A stretch of DNA of 64,000 nucleotides from the sequence record KJ019086.1; one strand, written 5' to 3'. The stretch's first letter is position 1. Every line of letters starts with the position of its first letter. The translations under genes and the position numbers were made by a program. Positions 61,123 through 64,000 of the stretch are shown here, in pieces. The notes beneath the pieces are model-generated. The model saw only the letters and a program-made list of their open reading frames with translations. It did no database searches and was not told the DNA's origin.

Positions 61123-62286
61123 ATTGGTTATCTTATCGGTGGAGACTCTGAGGAGAAGCAGGAGGAGATCGTTCAGTCGGATAGTGACTATTCCAAACTA
61201 TCTGATAAACAACTGATCTATCTACGTGGGCAAACTATTAAAGATATTGCTAAGTTTTATAATTTTCAACAAGTAAGGAAAATTACTCTAAACTCCGCTT
61301 ATGGTGCTTTGGGTAACCAATACTTTAGATACTATAAACTGGCGAACGCAGAGGCAGTGACCTTCTCTGGTCAGTTAAGTATCCGTTGGATTGAGAATAA
61401 GATGAATGGATTCATCAATGAGATTCTAAAAACAGAGGGTAAGGATTATGTGATCGCCTCTGATACTGACTCTATCTACATTAACTTTGGTGATGTGGTA
61501 GATAAGTTCTTGAAGAAGTTTGATGGTGATAAGGAGAAGACTGTATCAATGGTAGATAAGATCTGTAAGGATCAACTAGAACCCTTCATTGATAAGTGTT
61601 ATGCTCATTTGGGTGAGTATGTGAATGCATATGAACAGAAGATGCAGATGAAGAGAGAGAATATTGCGGACAGGGGTATCTGGACAGCGAAGAAGAGATA
61701 TATCCTGAATGTATGGGATAGTGAGGGTGTTCGTTATGAGGAACCCAAACTGAAGATGATGGGTATCGAAGCAGTGAAGTCCTCCACACCTGCTCCCTGT
61801 AGAACTATGATTAAGGATGCTCTCCGTATTATCATTGAGAAATCTGAGGATGAAGTTATTGACTACATTGATGATTGTAGAAAGAAGTTTAAACAGATGA
61901 AACCAGAGGAGATTGCGTTTCCTCGTTCCGTTAGTGATATGATCAAGTTTCGTTCTGGGACAACAATATATGCTAAGAGTACTCCTATGCATGTGAGGGG
62001 AGCGTTACTATTCAATCATCACATTAAGAAGGGTGGGTTGGAGAACAAGTATTCTCTCATCAATAGTGGTGAGAAGATCAAGTTCTGCTACCTCAAGATT
62101 CCTAATCTAATTGGTGAGAATGTTATCTCATTCATCTCCGACTTTCCTAGGGAACTTAAGTTGGAGAAGTATGTTGATTATGATACCCAATTCAATAAAG
62201 CATTCCTAGATCCACTCAAGATCATCTTGGATGCTATTGGTTGGAACTGTGAGAAGCAGATGTCCTTGGAGTCATTTTTCACCTGA
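61123..62286 (+). CDS. gp43B: DNA polymerase gp43, C-terminal subunit (gp43B: motifs B and C, thumb); probable ATT start, 387 aa
   Basis: Frame open from the TAG at 61093; contains KITLNSAYG (61279-61305) upstream of the track's TTG, plus ASDTDSIY, KKRY and MGIEAVKSSTP. GAGG at 61114-17 precedes ATT 61123. Confidence 0.9.
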   Translation: MGYLIGGDSEEKQEEIVQSDSDYSKLSDKQLIYLRGQTIKDIAKFYNFQQVRKITLNSAYGALGNQYFRYYKLANAEAVTFSGQLSIRWIENKMNGFINEILKTEGKDYVIASDTDSIYINFGDVVDKFLKKFDGDKEKTVSMVDKICKDQLEPFIDKCYAHLGEYVNAYEQKMQMKRENIADRGIWTAKKRYILNVWDSEGVRYEEPKLKMMGIEAVKSSTPAPCRTMIKDALRIIIEKSEDEVIDYIDDCRKKFKQMKPEEIAFPRSVSDMIKFRSGTTIYAKSTPMHVRGALLFNHHIKKGGLENKYSLINSGEKIKFCYLKIPNLIGENVISFISDFPRELKLEKYVDYDTQFNKAFLDPLKIILDAIGWNCEKQMSLESFFT

Positions 62287-62314
62287 TATATAAACCCCCC
62301 AGAGGAGATCACCA

Positions 62315-62473
62315 ATGGAAAAACAAAATCTAGCGATGGATCTATTCATCGAGTCTGTAATCAAACCAGACAGTGACCTTAGGGGTCAAGCATCAGAACA
62401 GGGTTGTCTAGAAGAACTATTGCAAATCCGTGATGATGTGATAAAATATCTTTATAACGAGAGGAAAAACTAG
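62315..62473 (+). CDS. Small conserved cyanophage hypothetical protein (52 aa, not in ORF track)
   Basis: GGAG SD; MEKQNLAMDLFIESVIKPDSDLRGQASEQGCLEELLQIRDDVIKYLYNERKN. Confidence 0.7.
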   Translation: MEKQNLAMDLFIESVIKPDSDLRGQASEQGCLEELLQIRDDVIKYLYNERKN

Positions 62474-62476
62474 TTT

Positions 62477-62710
62477 ATGGCGTTATCCCAATCAGTGGAG
62501 AATTCCCTCAGGGAGGCAAGTTCGTCCCTGAGGAATGCTCTAGCTTTTGCTGCCAGACAGGAGAGATCACATACCTGTCAGCATATTGCTAAAGTATTAA
62601 ACGATATTGATCTTATTCAGAGAACGGATGAGATGTTTGATACCCTTGATAGTATCAAGGATGGTAAGGGTGGTAGCAACCCATTTGGTAAATTTGGTTT
62701 TGATGAATAA
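62477..62710 (+). CDS. Conserved cyanophage hypothetical protein (77 aa)
   Basis: MALSQSV..SL.EA...LRNALAFAARQER pattern; tight packing before uvsX. Confidence 0.75.
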   Translation: MALSQSVENSLREASSSLRNALAFAARQERSHTCQHIAKVLNDIDLIQRTDEMFDTLDSIKDGKGGSNPFGKFGFDE

Positions 62711-63717
62711 TGGATTTCTTAAAGGATATTGTAAATGAAATTGGTGGCGACTTCACTCAGATTGCCTCAGAGATTGAAGAAAACGAAACATACGTGGACA
62801 CTGGTTCGTTCATCTTTAATGCTCTTGTATCTGGGTCTATCTATGGTGGTGTATCTGGTAACAAGATTACTGCAATTGCTGGGGAAAGTTCTACTGGAAA
62901 GACTTTCTTCTCACTCGCCGTGGTCAAGAACTTCTTGGATACTAATCCCGATGCATATTGCCTTTATTTTGATACTGAAGCTGCAATCAATAGAAACCTT
63001 CTTGAGTCACGAGGTATTGACCTTAAGCGGTTGGTTGTCGTCAATGTCGTTACAGTAGAAGAGTTTAGGATGAAGGCACTTAAGTGTGTCGATATCTACC
63101 AGAAGAAACCAGAAGACGAACGCAAACCTTGTATGTTTGTCCTAGATTCTCTGGGTATGTTGTCTACAGAGAAAGAGATCAATGATGCTCTGAATGACAA
63201 GAACGTTCGTGATATGACTAAATCACAACTCATCAAAGGGGCGTTCAGGATGTTGACCTTGAAACTAGGTCAGGCTAAGATACCAATGATTGTTACTAAC
63301 CATACCTATGATGTGATTGGTGCCTATGTTCCTACTAAGGAAATGGGTGGTGGTTCAGGTCTTAAGTATGCCGCCTCTACTATTATTCACCTCACTAAGA
63401 AGAAAGAGAAAGACGGTAAGGATGTTATTGGTAACATTATCAAGTGTAAGACTGCTAAGTCCAGACTCTCCAAAGAGAATACAGACGTAGGTGTTAGACT
63501 ATTCTATGATGAACGGGGTTTGGATAAGTACTATGGTCTCCTAGAACTTGGTGAGCTTGGTGGTATGTGGAAGAATGTAGCTGGTCGTTATGACTTGGGT
63601 GATGGTAAGAAGATCTACGCTAAAGAGATACTAAAGGATCCAGAGAAGTACTTCACCGAAGAAGTTATGGAGAAACTGGATGTTGTTGCTAGGGGAACAT
63701 TCTCATATGGGTCATAA
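62710..63717 (+). CDS. uvsX: RecA-like recombinase UvsX
   Basis: DTGS..FNALVSG, AGESSTGKTF, DSLGML, GGGSGLKYAAS. Confidence 0.97.
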   Translation: MDFLKDIVNEIGGDFTQIASEIEENETYVDTGSFIFNALVSGSIYGGVSGNKITAIAGESSTGKTFFSLAVVKNFLDTNPDAYCLYFDTEAAINRNLLESRGIDLKRLVVVNVVTVEEFRMKALKCVDIYQKKPEDERKPCMFVLDSLGMLSTEKEINDALNDKNVRDMTKSQLIKGAFRMLTLKLGQAKIPMIVTNHTYDVIGAYVPTKEMGGGSGLKYAASTIIHLTKKKEKDGKDVIGNIIKCKTAKSRLSKENTDVGVRLFYDERGLDKYYGLLELGELGGMWKNVAGRYDLGDGKKIYAKEILKDPEKYFTEEVMEKLDVVARGTFSYGS

Positions 63718-63722
63718 ACAAT

Positions 63723-64000
63723 ATGAGTGAGTATATCAAACACTATAGGGGAGTTCTAACAGATACATCTTGTGATGTTCTGATAGATGCTCTTCTGAGT
63801 GTAGATAGAAAGCATATAAAGGAACACCGAACAGATCGTAAAACATTTGATCAGGTGTTTCTTAATGCTGCAAATATGGACCTGATTCCAGGTATTACTA
63901 AAATAGTTGGTAATGTAATCAAACAATACAAGATGGATGTTCCATACTTCACACAGTTCTTTCCCAAGGGACTGGAGATTGAAACACCAAAGGTCAAAGG
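63723..64000 (+). CDS. Partial ORF, probably N-terminus of a second 2OG-Fe(II) oxygenase
   Basis: MSEYIKHYRGVLTDTSCDVLID... resembles the N-terminus of the 49738 oxygenase; open to the window end, catalytic motifs not visible. Confidence 0.5.
   Translation, partial: MSEYIKHYRGVLTDTSCDVLIDALLSVDRKHIKEHRTDRKTFDQVFLNAANMDLIPGITKIVGNVIKQYKMDVPYFTQFFPKGLEIETPKVK

Noticed and set aside
61105-61125. Programmed +1 frameshift from the 71-aa ORF into gp43B
   Set aside because: The context CAG-CAG-UGA lacks a known slippery codon (such as CUU-UGA), and an SD-preceded ATT is a simpler explanation; not fully excluded.
61309-61311. ORF-track TTG start for gp43B
   Set aside because: It would delete essential motif B (KITLNSAYG).
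720-61992. Numerous minus-strand and alternate-frame ORFs of 60-138 aa in the track
   Set aside because: They are shadows of strongly coded + strand genes, with no recognisable motifs or ribosome-binding context.
1-64000. tRNA genes, diversity-generating retroelement, integrase or transposase
   Set aside because: No cloverleaf-sized intergenic structure, reverse transcriptase, recombinase or transposase motif was recognised by eye; a tRNAscan or HMM run would be needed to exclude them formally.

Overview
A 64-kb segment of a T4-like cyanomyovirus genome; a Synechococcus-type host is inferred from gene content and host-like small genes. All credible genes lie on the + strand in the canonical order: giant baseplate gp7 (running in from before base 1), gp8, VrlC/DUF4815-like protein, gp13-gp23, gp3, uvsY, uvsW, gp55, gp47/46, a peptidase-VWA/CobS pair, gp45/44/62, regA, hsp20, gp43 and uvsX. 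Gene names come from recognised motifs and synteny; no database search was run. The strongest oddity is a DNA polymerase gene split at the fingers tip into gp43A and gp43B, with two small coupled ORFs between them. gp43B has no ATG/GTG/TTG upstream of its essential motif B and appears to start at an ATT behind a GAGG Shine-Dalgarno. Other notable items: a free-standing LAGLIDADG-type ORF and a host-like outer-membrane beta-barrel right after gp23; a 936-aa modular basic protein with many prohead-protease-like sites and a structured 5' leader; four Sm-like paralogues; a well-spaced antisense sigma70 promoter back-to-back with the gp55 promoter; a recurring two-box promoter element; and several small ORFs missed by the ORF track. 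No tRNA, CRISPR, intron or intein was recognised.
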